Positions 11,401-19,715 of a DNA stretch of 64,000 bases are shown piece by piece. The number at the start of each line of letters is the position of its first letter. The stretch's first letter is position 1. Position numbers and translations under genes: made by a program. A model generated the notes under the pieces. That model was not told the origin of the DNA. It saw only the letters and a list, made by a program, of their open reading frames with translations, and ran no database searches. This DNA comes from an uncultured Candidatus Saccharibacteria bacterium. GTDB lineage: Bacteria; Patescibacteriota; Minisyncoccia; Phycocordibacterales; JACOZG01. The stretch is taken from assembly GCA_964448295.1 (NCBI GenBank), contig CAYUVV010000001.1, positions 144,065-208,064 on the forward strand. The letters run 5' to 3'.

Positions 11401-13956
11401 ATGGCCGGAAAAGGACCACATGATTTTGGTGGTGGTAAAATTGTGATTCGGGGCGCCCGAACGCACAATCTTAAGGGCGTTGATTTGGAACTGCCACGCA
11501 ATCAACTGATCGTTTTCACCGGACTTTCTGGTTCGGGCAAATCCTCGCTGGCGTTCGACACAATTTTCGCCGAGGGTCAGCGGCGTTATGTGGAATCGCT
11601 ATCTTCTTACGCGCGTCAATTTTTGCGCCAAATGCAAAAGCCGGACGTGGACGAGATTTCCGGTTTAACGCCGGCAATTTCGATTGACCAGAAAACTCGT
11701 TCCAATAATCCTCGTTCGACAGTGGCAACGATTACCGAGATTTATGACTACTTGCGCGTGCTTTATGCCCGCGTTGGTCGCCCACACTGTCTTAAATGTG
11801 GACGACCAATCGAAAAACTTTCGCCGAGCGAGATTGTGGCTTTGGTCCGTCGGGCCGTCGGCGGCAAACGTCGGCACGGGAGTCAGGCTGGGGTGATCCG
11901 CATTTTGGCTCCGCTCGTGCGCGGCCGCAAGGGGGAGTATTATCAATTGCTCTATGATTTGCTCAACCGCGGTTACGAGACGGTCGTGGTCGATGGACGG
12001 CAATTCCGTCTGCGTGAGCGGATTGTGATTGATAAAAACAAAAAACACAACATCAGTTTATTGGTGGATGAGTTGAAACGGGGTGAGGTGGATGAACGTT
12101 TGGCGGAAGCTCTGGAGCGGGCCTTGGGCGAAACCGAAGGTCTGGTGGAAATCGAGTGGAACGGCAAAATGGAGTTGTATTCCACCAAATTTGCTTGTCC
12201 AGTGGACGGCTTTTCTTATCCGGAAGTGGAGCCGAGATTGTTTTCCTTCAATTCGCCTTATGGCGCCTGCGAGACCTGCCACGGCCTCGGCACCAAGCAT
12301 TTTTTGGGCGAAGAACCTTGCTTATCTTGTCGCGGTGAGCGCCTTCGACCGGAGGCGCTTGGCGTGCGTTTAGGGACGGAGCATTTGAATATTGCGGAAT
12401 TAGTTGCTCGCCCCGTCGGCGAAGTGAAAAAATTTTTTGACGAACTAGATTTAACCGAACGGGAAATAACGATCGCCGCACCCCTGCGTCGGGAAATCGG
12501 CGACCGACTACAGTTTTTGCTTGACGTGGGACTGGATTATTTAACGCTTAACCGCCGCGCCCACACCCTGTCTGGCGGCGAGTCACAGCGCATCCGTTTA
12601 GCTTCCCAGTTGGGTTCGCGCCTCGTGGGCACCCTTTATGTTTTAGATGAGCCGACGATCGGCTTGCATCCGCGCGACACCACTCGCCTAGTGAAAACCC
12701 TTGAAGAACTGCGCGATCTTGGCAACACGATTATTGTGGTGGAGCACGATGAAGAGACGATTCTCGCGAGCGATTATCTCGTGGATATCGGCCCCGGGGC
12801 CGGCGTGCACGGTGGTCGGGTAGTGGTGGCCGCACCAACGAGCGATCTTTTGAACGCCAAGCAAAATAAATTTGCTTCACTGACGGTTGATTATCTGCGG
12901 GGCGAACGTCTCGTGCCCCGTCCGCGCCAGCGTCGTGAGCGTGACCACGGACGTTTGGAGATCCGCGGCGGACAAATCTACAACCTAAAAGATCTCGATG
13001 TTAATGTTCCGTTGGGGCGCTTGGTGGCGGTAACGGGAGTTTCTGGCTCCGGCAAGTCGTCTTTTGTTTACGAAATAATTTATCGCAATTTGCGTGCCCG
13101 TCTTGAGCGTCGTTGGCGCGACAATCAAACCTATAATTGCCGTTCGTTTAGTGGTACGGAAAATTTAACGCGCGTTATTTTGATTGACCAGTCGCCGATC
13201 GGCCGGACGCCGCGCTCCAATCCCGTTACTTATACCGGCGCGTTTTCTTACATTCGCAATTTATTTGCCGCGACCGAAGAAGCGCGGGTGCGCGGTTGGA
13301 CGCCGAGGCGGTTTTCCTTTAACGTGCGCGGCGGGCGGTGCGAGACCTGTCAGGGTAACGGTCTCATCGCGGTGGAGATGAACTTTTTACCAACGGTGTA
13401 TGTGGAGTGCGACGTGTGCCGTGGCCGACGGTTCGATCGGGAAACGCTGAATGTTCGTTACCAAGGAAAAACGATTGCCGATGTTCTACGTTTGACTGTT
13501 GAAGAAGCCCGCGAATTTTTTGCCGATATTGCGCCGATTACCGATCGTTTGCGCACGTTGGAGGAGGTCGGTCTGGGGTATCTCGAATTGGGTCAATCGG
13601 CCACCACCCTTTCCGGCGGGGAAGCCCAGCGCATTAAGATTGCCGCCGAACTCTACCGGCCGCAAACTTATCGTACAATTTACCTGCTTGATGAACCAAC
13701 GGTTGGTTTGCATTACGAGGACGTGCGGCACCTGATGGAAATTTTGCACCGCTTGGTCGATCGTGGTAATTCCGTCTTGGTGATCGAGCATAACTTGGAT
13801 GTAATCAAAAACGCCGATTACATCATTGATTTGGGACCGGAAGGGGGTTCGGCTGGTGGCGAGATTGTGGTAGCTGGTGCGCCAGAAGCTGTGGCCAATC
13901 ACTCCCGTTCGCATACTGGTCACTTCTTAAAAACTGTTCTGAAAAAAAATGATTGA
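11401..13956 (+). CDS. uvrA: Excinuclease ABC subunit A (short form lacking the insertion domain)
   Basis: Two ABC modules (GLSGSGKSSLAFDT; GVSGSGKSS), zinc fingers. At 851 aa it is about 90 aa shorter than E. coli UvrA, with the gap after the CETCHGLG zinc finger. Confidence 0.95.
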   Translation: MAGKGPHDFGGGKIVIRGARTHNLKGVDLELPRNQLIVFTGLSGSGKSSLAFDTIFAEGQRRYVESLSSYARQFLRQMQKPDVDEISGLTPAISIDQKTRSNNPRSTVATITEIYDYLRVLYARVGRPHCLKCGRPIEKLSPSEIVALVRRAVGGKRRHGSQAGVIRILAPLVRGRKGEYYQLLYDLLNRGYETVVVDGRQFRLRERIVIDKNKKHNISLLVDELKRGEVDERLAEALERALGETEGLVEIEWNGKMELYSTKFACPVDGFSYPEVEPRLFSFNSPYGACETCHGLGTKHFLGEEPCLSCRGERLRPEALGVRLGTEHLNIAELVARPVGEVKKFFDELDLTEREITIAAPLRREIGDRLQFLLDVGLDYLTLNRRAHTLSGGESQRIRLASQLGSRLVGTLYVLDEPTIGLHPRDTTRLVKTLEELRDLGNTIIVVEHDEETILASDYLVDIGPGAGVHGGRVVVAAPTSDLLNAKQNKFASLTVDYLRGERLVPRPRQRRERDHGRLEIRGGQIYNLKDLDVNVPLGRLVAVTGVSGSGKSSFVYEIIYRNLRARLERRWRDNQTYNCRSFSGTENLTRVILIDQSPIGRTPRSNPVTYTGAFSYIRNLFAATEEARVRGWTPRRFSFNVRGGRCETCQGNGLIAVEMNFLPTVYVECDVCRGRRFDRETLNVRYQGKTIADVLRLTVEEAREFFADIAPITDRLRTLEEVGLGYLELGQSATTLSGGEAQRIKIAAELYRPQTYRTIYLLDEPTVGLHYEDVRHLMEILHRLVDRGNSVLVIEHNLDVIKNADYIIDLGPEGGSAGGEIVVAGAPEAVANHSRSHTGHFLKTVLKKND

Positions 13957-15157
13957 TCGGCGCGCGTTGTCTAAATTGCCATCTACGCCCGGGGTCTATT
14001 TTTTTAGACGAGGGCGCGAGATTTTATACATCGGCAAAGCCAGCTCACTTCGCGAGCGGGTGCGCAGTTATTTTAATCAGGATTTGCCCGCCACCCGCGG
14101 ACCGGTGTTAGCTAAAATTGTGGCTGACGCGACGCGGGTCACTTACCAGGAAACCGATTCGGTTTTGGAGGCATTGATTTTAGAATCAAGTCTGATCAAG
14201 CGTTATCAACCGGTTGGCAACGTGCGGGAGAAAGACGATAAAAGTTTTTGGTCAGTGGTGTTTACGCGTGAGGATTACCCGCGAGTGCTCGCAGTTCGCG
14301 GGCGAGCGATCGGATCTGACCAGGCGCGCGGTGTTTACCGTGCTGACGCGGTTTTTGGGCCTTTTCCGCATGCAAGCGAACTGCGGGCCGCGCTTCAGAT
14401 TATTCGCCGAATTTTCCCTTTTCGTGATCGTTGCCGGCCCGAATCCGGCCGTTTGTGTTTTAACGCGACCATTGGCTTGTGCCCGGGGGTGTGTGCGGGC
14501 CAGATGAGCATCTCAGCTTACCGTGCCCAGATCGCGCGGATCAAAAAAATATTTTCCGGACACAAACAGGATGTTATCCAAGGTTTGAAAACGGCAATGA
14601 ATCGGGCCGCTCGGCAAGAAGATTTTGAGGCCGCGGCCCGGTATCGCAACCAGGCCGCGGCCTTGCGCCACGTGGCCGACGTTTCGATGATCAGAAACGA
14701 GCCCGCGTCGTCTTCGGGCTATCGGATCGAAGCCTATGACGTCTCGCACAGTTTGGGCGAGGCCGCCGTTGGTGGCTTGATTGTGCTTAATGACGGCGAA
14801 CCGTCGCCGGCGGATTTTCGCCGTTTCCGTCTTCGCCGGAGCGCTCGCTCCGGCGACGTCGCCGCGCTTACGGAGCTTTTAGAGCGTCGTTTGGAACATC
14901 AGGATTGGCCTTGGCCGGCGATGGTGGTGGTAGATGGGGGGCGGGCGCAAGCCACGGCCGCGCACCGTGTTTTGGCCAGTTTTGGTTTGGAAGCTGCGGT
15001 GGTGAATGTGGTGAAGGATGAGCGCCATCAACCGGCGCGTTTGGAGGGGACGCGGGAATTAGTGAACGCTCACGAACGAGAAATTCTTTTAGCTAATCGT
15101 CTGGTGCACGATTTTGTTCTACGTTACCATAGGCGTTTGCGTCGGAAGCGGTTATAA
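13949..15157 (+). CDS. uvrC: Excinuclease ABC subunit C (short form lacking C-terminal HhH2)
   Basis: GIY-YIG (GVYFF...YIGKA), UVR domain (FEAAARYRNQAAALRHV), RNase H-like endonuclease region; ends at 402 aa. Confidence 0.8.
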   Translation: MIDRRALSKLPSTPGVYFFRRGREILYIGKASSLRERVRSYFNQDLPATRGPVLAKIVADATRVTYQETDSVLEALILESSLIKRYQPVGNVREKDDKSFWSVVFTREDYPRVLAVRGRAIGSDQARGVYRADAVFGPFPHASELRAALQIIRRIFPFRDRCRPESGRLCFNATIGLCPGVCAGQMSISAYRAQIARIKKIFSGHKQDVIQGLKTAMNRAARQEDFEAAARYRNQAAALRHVADVSMIRNEPASSSGYRIEAYDVSHSLGEAAVGGLIVLNDGEPSPADFRRFRLRRSARSGDVAALTELLERRLEHQDWPWPAMVVVDGGRAQATAAHRVLASFGLEAAVVNVVKDERHQPARLEGTRELVNAHEREILLANRLVHDFVLRYHRRLRRKRL

Positions 15158-15165
15158 TCGAGGGG

Positions 15166-16239
15166 ATGGCGGATGATCTCTGGCTCAAGCGCGAGCTCAA
15201 CCCAATGACATTTTGGGGGGTGGTGACGCTCGCTTTAACGATCGTTTTGGCCTTGATTTTACGAGCGATTGATGCCAGTTTTGAAATTTTTTTCTTGTTG
15301 TTGGTGCCGGTGGCGGCTTACCTTTTAATCATCGGCGCCTTTTTGGCTTACCTTACTCGTTTAGCGCGCGCCAGGGATCGTCTGTGGAAAAAAGAGGTGG
15401 AGCGCGAACAAGCGCGCGGCGAAGAATTGACGCGGCTGAATAAAGAGCTGGGGGAATATTCCAAACGTTTGTTTGATAAAGACTTTGAATTAACACTCGC
15501 GAACCGTCGTCTGCAAGAACTTGAGCAGGCGAAATCAAAATTTGTGTCTGTTACCACACACCAACTGCGCACCCCACTTTCGGCAATCAAGTGGACGTTC
15601 CATATGCTGGCGCAAGGGTCGCTGGGGCCGATCACGGACGAACAAAGAAATTTTATTCAAAAGGGTTACAATAGTGCTCAACGGATGATTATCATCGTCA
15701 ACAATTTGTTAAATATTGATTATATCGAAGCGGACCGCGATGATTACAATTTTGTTTCCGTTAAGTTAGAAGATTTGATCGAAGATTTAATTTTTGAGTT
15801 TACTAATCAATGCCAAAGCAAACAGACTAAGCTTATTTTTCATCGTCCCGCGGAAGCATTGCCGCCAGTTTCGGCCGATCCTGTTAAACTCGGGATGGTG
15901 TTTGAAAACCTGATTGATAACGCCATTAAATACACCCCCAGCGGCGGCCAGATCGAAATTTCTTTGAGGAGCGACCGGGTGAATACCGCGCGAGGGGTGG
16001 TAGAGGTTATTGTTAGCGATAGCGGAATCGGCATTCCCCCGGATGATCGGCATAAAATTTTCCATCGGTTTTTCCGAGCGCGCAATGCCGTCAAGGTGGA
16101 AACCGACGGTTCGGGTTTAGGTTTGTTTATTTCGCGCGATATTGTTCGCAAACATCAGGGAGAAATTTGGTTTGAAAGTCAAGAGGGGCGGGGGAGCATC
16201 TTCCACTTTACGGTGCCCGTTCGCCAAAGTGCCGGTTAG
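15166..16239 (+). CDS. Sensor histidine kinase (2 TM)
   Basis: H-box VTTHQLRTPLSAIKW, HATPase_c motifs. Confidence 0.85.
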   Translation: MADDLWLKRELNPMTFWGVVTLALTIVLALILRAIDASFEIFFLLLVPVAAYLLIIGAFLAYLTRLARARDRLWKKEVEREQARGEELTRLNKELGEYSKRLFDKDFELTLANRRLQELEQAKSKFVSVTTHQLRTPLSAIKWTFHMLAQGSLGPITDEQRNFIQKGYNSAQRMIIIVNNLLNIDYIEADRDDYNFVSVKLEDLIEDLIFEFTNQCQSKQTKLIFHRPAEALPPVSADPVKLGMVFENLIDNAIKYTPSGGQIEISLRSDRVNTARGVVEVIVSDSGIGIPPDDRHKIFHRFFRARNAVKVETDGSGLGLFISRDIVRKHQGEIWFESQEGRGSIFHFTVPVRQSAG

Positions 16240-16285
16240 TTTGCTATACTAAAATACGAAATTTATTGGCGATTACAAAATAATT

Positions 16286-16675
16286 ATGAATAACACAAAC
16301 AAGAAAATTCTGATTATCGAGGATGACGAATTTCTTCGTTCACTGACGGCCAAACGGTTGGAAAAGGATGGATATCCGATTGAAGCGGCGGTGGATGGAG
16401 AGACGGGGGTAGCCGCCTTGGATGCCGATCCCTCGCCCGCTCTCATTCTTCTCGATCTGCTTTTGCCTGGTCTCGACGGCTTTGAAGTCCTAAAACGGAT
16501 TCGTGCGCACACCAAAACCAAAAGTGTGCCGGTGATCATTTTCTCCAATTTGGGCCAAAAGGAAGATATCGAAAAAGCTAAGCAACTAGGCGCGAACGAT
16601 TTTTTGATTAAAGCCAACTTTACTTTAGACGACGTGGTGGCCAAAATTCATACCCTGCTCGGCGACAAGGAGTAA
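16286..16675 (+). CDS. Response regulator, stand-alone receiver (CheY-like) domain
   Basis: 129 aa, ILIIEDDE...LLDLLLPGLDG...KSVPVIIFSN; no output domain. Confidence 0.85.
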   Translation: MNNTNKKILIIEDDEFLRSLTAKRLEKDGYPIEAAVDGETGVAALDADPSPALILLDLLLPGLDGFEVLKRIRAHTKTKSVPVIIFSNLGQKEDIEKAKQLGANDFLIKANFTLDDVVAKIHTLLGDKE

Positions 16676-16682
16676 AAAACTT

Positions 16683-17645
16683 ATGCCCAAACTGCGGGTC
16701 GGCGTTTTGCGAGGGGGGCCGGGCCACGAGTACGAAGTTTCTTTGCGCACCGGTCAGAATGTTCTTCGCTATTTGCCGGAGGACGAGTTCCAGCCGCGCG
16801 ATATTTTGCTTGATCGTCAGGGGCGTTGGCATTTAAACGGACTGCCAACAATGCCCGAGCGTTTGCCCGGGCAGGTGGACGTTGTGTGGAATGCTCTTCA
16901 TGGCGAATATGGCGAAGACGGCCGCGTTCAGCAATTGTTTGAGAGTCTGGGTCTGCGTTATACCGGTTCGGGTCGGCTAGCTTCAGCCGTGGGGATGAAT
17001 AAGCAGTTGAGTAAAGAGTTTTTGCGTCAGGCCGGCATTCGTACACCTTTAGGGGTGGTGGTTGAGCCCGAAGAATCGGTTGATAGCGCCATACTCCGTA
17101 TCTTGCGAAAAATTGGCCCACCATGGATCGTCAAACCGCTAGATCGTGGCTCTTCTGTGGGAGTGAGCTACGCACCGCTCGCGGTGGCGCTCGCCGCTGC
17201 GATTACCGAAGCGCGACGTTATTCGCCGTCGGTTTTGGCGGAACAGTTTATCCGCGGCCGCGAAGCCACTTGCGGCGTGGTTAACGATTTTCGTGGCGTC
17301 CCTGTTTATTCTCTGCCGCCGGTTGAAATTCGTCGTCCCAGCAACGCGCCCGTTTGGGACTACCAAGATAAATACAGCGGCCAAACGGCCGAAATTTGCC
17401 CGGGAAATTTTAGTCCCGAGGAGAAGAGCGAAGTTGAACGCTTAAGCCGCTTGGCTCACGAGACGCTCAACCTGCGCCACTATTCCCGTTCCGATTTTAT
17501 CGTTGCTCCACGCGGCGTTTATTTGCTTGAAGTCAACACCTTGCCCGGTCTAACAAGTGAATCGCTTTTGCCTAAATCACTGGCCGCCGTTGGGTGTTCT
17601 TACCCAGATTTTTTGCGTCACGTCATCCATCTCACGTTGAATTAA
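16683..17645 (+). CDS. ddl: D-alanine--D-alanine ligase
   Basis: N-terminal VGVLRGGPGHEYEVSL, ATP-grasp core, 320 aa. Confidence 0.9.
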   Translation: MPKLRVGVLRGGPGHEYEVSLRTGQNVLRYLPEDEFQPRDILLDRQGRWHLNGLPTMPERLPGQVDVVWNALHGEYGEDGRVQQLFESLGLRYTGSGRLASAVGMNKQLSKEFLRQAGIRTPLGVVVEPEESVDSAILRILRKIGPPWIVKPLDRGSSVGVSYAPLAVALAAAITEARRYSPSVLAEQFIRGREATCGVVNDFRGVPVYSLPPVEIRRPSNAPVWDYQDKYSGQTAEICPGNFSPEEKSEVERLSRLAHETLNLRHYSRSDFIVAPRGVYLLEVNTLPGLTSESLLPKSLAAVGCSYPDFLRHVIHLTLN

Positions 17646-17685
17646 ACGTGTTTTTGGGCTAGGGTTTGTAGAGAGGGATGACGAT

Positions 17686-17762
17686 GGGCCTGTAGCTCAA
17701 TCGGCTAGAGCGCCACATTTGCAATGTGGAGGTTACCGGTTCGATTCCGGTCAGGTCCACCA
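17686..17762 (+). tRNA. tRNA-Ala (anticodon TGC), CCA encoded
   Basis: Cloverleaf folded by hand: acceptor GGGCCTG/CAGGTCC with G3:U70 Ala identity pair, D-stem GCTC/GAGC, anticodon loop TTTGCAA, T-arm ACCGG-TTCGATT-CCGGT, discriminator A + CCA. Confidence 0.9.
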
Positions 17763-17780
17763 AAGTTGATTAGTCGCCCC

Positions 17781-17865
17781 GCTCGGACGCGGCGGAATTC
17801 CTCCCACACCCCCCCCTTCCGCCGCGCCCTCGCTTGGACGGACGGAATTTTTGGCGGCGGCATTG
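17781..17865 (+). repeat. Structured ~85-bp repeat, copy 1 (20 bp after tRNA-Ala, about 80 bp upstream of the C-protein gene)
   Basis: GCTCGGACGCGGCGGAATTCC-TCCCACAC-C8-TTCCGCCGCG-CCCTCGCTTGGACGGACGGAATTTTTGGCGGCGG; 10-bp perfect inverted repeat CGCGGCGGAA/TTCCGCCGCG. Confidence 0.8.
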
Positions 17866-17946
17866 AGAAAAGAATGGAAAGTTGATATGATTGAAGTGCA
17901 AGTCATACGACCATTATATCACTTTCCATACATTATATAGTATAAT

Positions 17947-18147
17947 ATGTCCACAATAGGCAGAAACATCAAACGGCTTCGGCAAGAAAAAGGGCTTTCG
18001 CAAGATAAGCTATCTAAACTTGCCGATTTATCGCTCAATACTGTTGTTAAGATAGAATTGGACGACAGCCCTAACCCCACTATTGAGACAGTTCAAAGAA
18101 TTGCGAAAGCCCTTGAAGTGTCGGTTGATGACCTTTTGAAGAAATGA
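17947..18147 (+). CDS. XRE-family HTH protein, probable R-M controller (C) protein; likely leaderless
   Basis: 66-aa HTH_XRE; ATG directly abuts TATAAT; 4 bp upstream of the MTase. Confidence 0.8.
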   Translation: MSTIGRNIKRLRQEKGLSQDKLSKLADLSLNTVVKIELDDSPNPTIETVQRIAKALEVSVDDLLKK

Positions 18148-18150
18148 TTT

Positions 18151-18930
18151 ATGACAAAGACAGATTTTAAAAAGAAATATCTAAACAAGATCGTCTGCGG
18201 CTCTGCTGTTGATGTGATGAAAAATTTGCCGGACGGCTCGGTTGATTTGATTATCACTTCACCGCCTTACAATCTCAAAAATTCAACCGGGAACGGAATG
18301 AAAGACGGACGTGGTGGAAAATGGGCAAACGCCGCTCTACAAAAAGGCTATTCGCACCACAACGACTGTATGCCGCATGATGAGTATGTGAAGTGGCAAA
18401 GAGATTGCTTGACGGAAATGTTGCGGCTTATACCGGAAGACGGTGCGATTTTCTATAACCACAAATGGCGCGTGCAGGGCGGTTTATTGCAAGACCGCCA
18501 AGACATTGTGAGTGGTTTTCCCGTCCGGCAAATTATTATTTGGAAGCGGAAAGGCGGCCTCAATTTCAACCCCGGATATTTTTTGCCGACTTATGAAGTT
18601 ATTTACCTCATCGCCAAACCAAAATTTAGCTTGAAAACAAAGGCCAACGCTCACGGCGATGTTTGGGAATTTACGCAAGAAATGAACAACGACCATCCAG
18701 CCGCCTTTCCGGTTAATTTGATTGATAGAATTGTCGGATCAACTGACGCAAAAATTGTTTTGGACCCGTTTATGGGCTCCGGCACAACGGCGATTTCTGC
18801 GCTAAACTTTGGACGAGATTACATCGGTATTGATATTTCACCAGAGTATTGCGAAATGGCCGAAAACCGCATAAAACAACATCAATCACAATCTAAACTT
18901 TTTCAACCAGTTTATGAAAAACACGCCTAA
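18151..18930 (+). CDS. DNA methyltransferase, beta-class amino-MTase (N4-cytosine or N6-adenine)
   Basis: Motif IV DLIITSPPYN precedes motif I FMGSGTT (beta permutation); the SPPY form is common in m4C MTases. Confidence 0.85.
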   Translation: MTKTDFKKKYLNKIVCGSAVDVMKNLPDGSVDLIITSPPYNLKNSTGNGMKDGRGGKWANAALQKGYSHHNDCMPHDEYVKWQRDCLTEMLRLIPEDGAIFYNHKWRVQGGLLQDRQDIVSGFPVRQIIIWKRKGGLNFNPGYFLPTYEVIYLIAKPKFSLKTKANAHGDVWEFTQEMNNDHPAAFPVNLIDRIVGSTDAKIVLDPFMGSGTTAISALNFGRDYIGIDISPEYCEMAENRIKQHQSQSKLFQPVYEKHA

Positions 18931-19711
18931 AACCTACACAAAGCCAGAACTTATCGCCAAGCTGAAAGAAATTTCGGCAATGGGTTTTGTACCGAACGCG
19001 CGGCGAGGCAACGCTGGCGGTATCGGTAATACTCTTGAAGATTTACTCGGTATCAAAGAGAACAATTTGCCAATTCCAAACGCCGCAGAATGGGAATTGA
19101 AAGCGCAACGCCTCAATTCCACTTCACTCACAACTCTTTTCCATATTGAGCCCTCGCCGCGCGCAATTCGTTTCGTGCCGCAAGTTCTGCTCCCAAAATA
19201 CGGGTGGGCACACCAAGAGGACGGCAAGAAATATCCGAAAGGAGAGATGAGTTTCCGACAAACAATCCACGGGCAATCACGAAGCGACCGAGGTTTCAAG
19301 GTCGTTATTGACCGGAAGGAGAAAAAGATTTTGATTTCGTTTGACGCAAAAAGTGTGGACTTGCGGCACAAGACATGGGTTGAGTCAGTAAAAAAGCGTG
19401 TTGGCCTTAGCGAGCTTGACCCACAGCCATATTGGGGATTTGACGATTTGGAACACAAGGCCGGAACAAAATTACTAAACGCTTTTTATGTTCAGGCCGA
19501 AGTGAAGATCGTAAGGAAGAAGGAATATTATCACTACACGAAAGTGATGATGTTACAGAAATTCAGTTTTGAAGGATTTTTGAAAGCGTTGGATGAAGGA
19601 AAAATCCTTGTGGATTTTGATGCTCGCACCGGACACAACCACGGCACGAAATTCCGCATGAGGCAGGATGCTTTGCCGATGTTGTATGAAAAACAAACGA
19701 TAATCATTTAG
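18914..19711 (+). CDS. Type II restriction endonuclease, MvaI/BcnI (MutH-like) family candidate
   Basis: Start overlaps the MTase stop by 17 bp. MutH/BcnI-like signature NAGGIGNTLEDLLGI...EWELK...LTTLFH and C-terminal GHNHG...LY segment. Confidence 0.5.
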   Translation: MKNTPKTYTKPELIAKLKEISAMGFVPNARRGNAGGIGNTLEDLLGIKENNLPIPNAAEWELKAQRLNSTSLTTLFHIEPSPRAIRFVPQVLLPKYGWAHQEDGKKYPKGEMSFRQTIHGQSRSDRGFKVVIDRKEKKILISFDAKSVDLRHKTWVESVKKRVGLSELDPQPYWGFDDLEHKAGTKLLNAFYVQAEVKIVRKKEYYHYTKVMMLQKFSFEGFLKALDEGKILVDFDARTGHNHGTKFRMRQDALPMLYEKQTIII

Positions 19712-19715
19712 TAAT

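Noticed and set aside
16681-17124. 147-aa minus-strand ORF
   Set aside because: Antisense to ddl, Arg/Pro-rich, and overlaps the RR.
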